A stretch of DNA of 64,000 bases from Vicugna vicugna (Eukaryota). Below the pieces are notes generated by a model. That model was not told where the DNA came from and did not search any database. It was given only the letters and a program-made list of their open reading frames with translations. Position numbers and translations under genes: made by a program. Each line of letters starts with the position of its first letter. The stretch's first letter is position 1. The stretch spans positions 806,001 through 870,000 of the forward strand of contig MU058387.1 of assembly GCA_013265495.1 (NCBI GenBank), read 5' to 3'. Shown one piece after another: positions 62,927 through 64,000 of the stretch.

Positions 62927-64000
62927 ATTATCAGATAGATGCTTAGATCTTAACGGATGTCTTAGGAAGGTCTGTGTGTAATTAGAGGAAGTAAATCTTA
63001 GTCTATTAGTGATGATTGGGTAAAAACAAACTATTATCATCAAGGGTATTTCATCATAAGACAACCCAATAAACAGTATCTGTGATAAAAAAATCATAGA
63101 AGTGAGCAAGACACACAGAAAGCACTACATAAATGTCTGATAAATAAAAAAATATATAAAGAATTATCTTCCTGCTACACTTATAAATGAGGTCTAAATC
63201 ACCTGCACACACTTTGGCTCCTCATTTTGTCCACTTCACTGTGGTAGTTCTGGGTGTTTGACACTTGCATTGACTAAAGTCGTTTTTCTCTTCCCTTTAT
63301 CACTCACAGGTAAGTCCATTCTATTATGTACTTATTCTCATACTGATTTTTATTCTAATGTCCACTTGCTTCTCTGCTTTTTCTGCAGAAATTGTGTAGA
63401 ATTGCTTCTAATGATCTTTCTCCTTTGTATTCTAAGCTTATTACAATGAGTAAAACAATCTGATGACTTATTGTCTCCTAGTATGGTCAGCCTGAGCGTT
63501 CACAAACGGAAATGAGATATTTCGTTATAAATTACTTTATTGTTATTTTTTTATGTAACATGTAGGTCTGTCGATTTACTTTTAAAAATGTTTATGTTAT
63601 ATGTGAATTTTACTTCAGAATAGTAAAAAAAAATTTTTTTAAATGTTATAAAAAAAGTTTTCAATTTGGTTGAGAAGTACTGTGTGAGAATACAAAGAAA
63701 CGGTCAAACCTCTCTTCCCTGAGCCCCTGGTCTTTCAGAATCATGCTTGTGGATAATATTGAGAGATGTCACAGCTCTTTTCAGGGTCAAGTGGCTGCCC
63801 AGAACCATGCAGCCAGTACTACTAAAGGAAGAACCAAGAATTCAAGTTTCTTTATTCCTAGTAAAGCCCATAAAACTATAGTTGAAGAGAATTAACATAT
63901 TAAGTTTTACTAAAGCACATATACTGAATGAAAATGCAGAATTAAGGAAAGTAATCAAGAAAGAAATCTTTCTCTTAAATTAATTCTTACCTTTTTACGT

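Noticed and set aside
62618..63109. 163-aa minus-strand ORF
   Set aside because: Antisense read-through of an L1 3'UTR.

Overview
Mammalian genomic DNA, most likely camelid: it carries two tRNA-Ala-derived vic-1-like SINEs and camelid/artiodactyl-type L1 3' ends. The only supportable protein-coding sequence is the single coding exon of FLRT2 on the + strand (ATG 14336 to TGA 16318, 660 aa). Bases 1-13959 are read as the end of the upstream intron, and the first exon and promoter lie outside the window. The exon begins at a likely acceptor at 13959/13960 and carries 376 nt of 5'UTR with two uORFs. A repeat-poor 3'UTR probably runs to at least ~20.85 kb. The rest is non-coding and filled with L1, L2, MIR, SINE, DNA-transposon and LTR/ERV relics. 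I found no new multi-gene system. The best second-look items are: a perfect 48-bp templated insertion flanked by a 26-bp duplication (57.3 kb, donor 1.1 kb away); a strong 3' splice-site-like signal 2 nt before the FLRT2 ATG that would bypass both uORFs; a tandem/nested antisense LTR pair just upstream of the coding exon; an ERV-L-type provirus relic; and several unique enhancer-like blocks. Repeat family names come from recognition by eye and need Dfam/RepeatMasker confirmation.
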